Positions 62,501-64,000 of a DNA stretch of 64,000 nt are shown here, in pieces. Position 1 is the stretch's first letter. The number at the start of each line of letters is the position of its first letter. This DNA is from Blastocladiella emersonii ATCC 22665. Lineage: Eukaryota; Fungi; Blastocladiomycota. The notes beneath the pieces were generated by a model. The model worked only from the letters and a program-made list of their open reading frames with translations. It was not told the origin of the DNA and searched no databases. The stretch is from NCBI GenBank assembly GCA_025594325.1, contig JANHCV010000014.1, forward strand, positions 1,190,857-1,254,856, in the 5' to 3' direction. The translations under genes were made by a program, and so were the position numbers.

Positions 62501-64000
62501 GTGCGAAGATTTGAATATGGTTTTGTTTTGGTACTATGACGATTACCTACGTGGCTGGTTTACTATATTCCCATGGTCAGATAATTTGTTACGTCGATAT
62601 TACGATTTATTGGTCCCCAACCAGCTGGACATGCAGGAAGTCAAAGACTTGAACATGGTTTTGTTTGAGTGCTCTGACAATCATCTGCGTGGCTTGTTTA
62701 TTATATTCCCATGTTCAGATATTTTGTTGAGTCGATATTACGATTTATGGGTGCCTGGCTAGCTGGTCATGCGGGTGGTCAAGGATTTGAATATGGTTTT
62801 GTTTGAGTACCATGACAATTGTCGGAGTGGCTCGTTTACAATATTGCTCTGCCCAGATTCATGGTTGCTTCGATACTGTAATTTATAGGAGCCAGGCTAG
62901 CTGGACATGCGGGAAGTCAAAGATGTGAGTACGGTTTTGTTTGAGTTCTCTGACAATTATCTGCGTGGCTTGTTTAGTATATTCCCATGTTCAGATATTT
63001 TGTTGAGTCGATATTACGATTTATGGGTCCCCAACGAGGTGGACATGCAGGAAGTCAACAACTTGAATATGGTTTTGTTTGGGTACTATGACAATTACGT
63101 ACGTGGCTGGGTTACTATATTCCCATGGTCAGATATTTTGGTGGTTCGATACTGTGATTTATGGGTTCCTGGCTAGCTGGTCATGCGGGTGGTCAAGGAT
63201 TTGAATATGGTTTTGTTTGAGTACCATGAGAATCATGTACGTGGCTGGTTTGGTACATCCCAAACATCGGCTAATTTGTTTCGTGCATGTTGCGATTTGT
63301 GGGGGGTCGGATTGGGCCGGACGTTGGCTGCAGCAAGGTCCCTCGGTCAAAATTCGACACAGTTGCTCCCCCTCCCTCTCTGTCATGCAGATAGTGGGTG
63401 GTGGCCGACCCATCCTGACCGCGCGCGGCCCGTATGAAGGTCCGCATCCACCCATCCATCCATCCATCCATTCATTCAACACTCACTCCATCACGCACCT
63501 TTTCACTTGTGTTGTTTGCCAGCCAGCTAGACAGCTAGCCAGGTAGCCAGGTAGCCAGATCCTGCTGCTGCTACCTACCTACCCTGCCTCCAACAACGCC
63601 CGCCGCGTCATGAGCCAGGCAGGGCCGTGCCGCGACAAATGGCCGCGGCAGGCGTGTACGGTAATTGTACCTGTACCATACTTTCCATGGCCGCCCCGCC
63701 ACCCTGACTTGGTCCTTGTATGTCACTTGGTCACCTTGGTCACCTTAGTCACTTGGTCACTTGGTCACTTGGTCACTTGGTCACTTGGTCACTTGGTCAC
63801 TTTGCGCGTGTGATGGTGGACGAGTGAGTCCAGGCATGCACGCACAAAAGCCCGCACGCCCACGTGTACTCCTGCCAGGAGCGCCTGGTGTGGGTCATTC
63901 ACCCACCATTCAGTTAGTAGTCCCTAGCACTCCTTGGCCTTGGTACTGTCTCCTGCAGGAGGAGCCCTGCCGCGTTAGCCCTCTGCAGCCCTCTGCAGCA

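Larger units (their letters stand above)
33494..64000. repeat. Head-to-tail macrosatellite, ~2.56-kb unit, ~11.9 copies, continuing past the window end; candidate centromeric or subtelomeric array
   Basis: The same landmark recurs at 34677, 37223, 39785, 42347, 44909, 47487, 50065, 52627, 55201, 57759, 60333 and 62907. Spacings are 2546, 2562, 2562, 2562, 2578, 2578, 2562, 2574, 2558, 2574 and 2574. Units differ only by a few SNPs and microsatellite copy number. Confidence 0.98.

Noticed and set aside
33494-64000. Recurrent ORFs in the array (234, 237, 169, 170 aa etc.) as a tandem gene family
   Set aside because: They are translations of microsatellites (WLVG, PANQ, LVTW) and of the 138-bp monomer. 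They overlap on both strands and shift frame with 4-, 8- and 16-bp indels between units.

Overview
This is a GC-rich, intron-containing eukaryotic genomic window. It most likely comes from a flagellated (zoosporic) fungus, inferred from RABL2 together with a fungal-type HR1-RICTOR and ERG1. It has three zones. (1) About 1-21.5 kb is a dense block of ordinary genes: BRD7/9-like bromodomain protein, ERG1, cytochrome b5-fused front-end desaturase, a coiled-coil protein, RABL2, RICTOR, NUP107 and two hypothetical genes. (2) About 23.6-33.5 kb is a retrotransposon-hit transition zone. An LRR-type gene is split by a 5'-truncated antisense non-LTR element (16-bp TSD). A second 5.3-kb non-LTR element (APE remnant-RT-RNase H-CCHC; 17-bp TSD, poly(A)) is fused in frame to a flanking ATG. 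Scrambled retroelement fragments follow. (3) From 33494 to the window end is a head-to-tail macrosatellite of about 12 nearly identical 2546-2578 bp units. Each unit holds about 7 diverged 138-bp monomers, several 4/8/9-mer microsatellites and dyad symmetries, making it a candidate regional centromere (or subtelomeric block). No rRNA, tRNA or CRISPR array could be supported. Coordinates and splice sites were counted by hand and may be off by a few bases.
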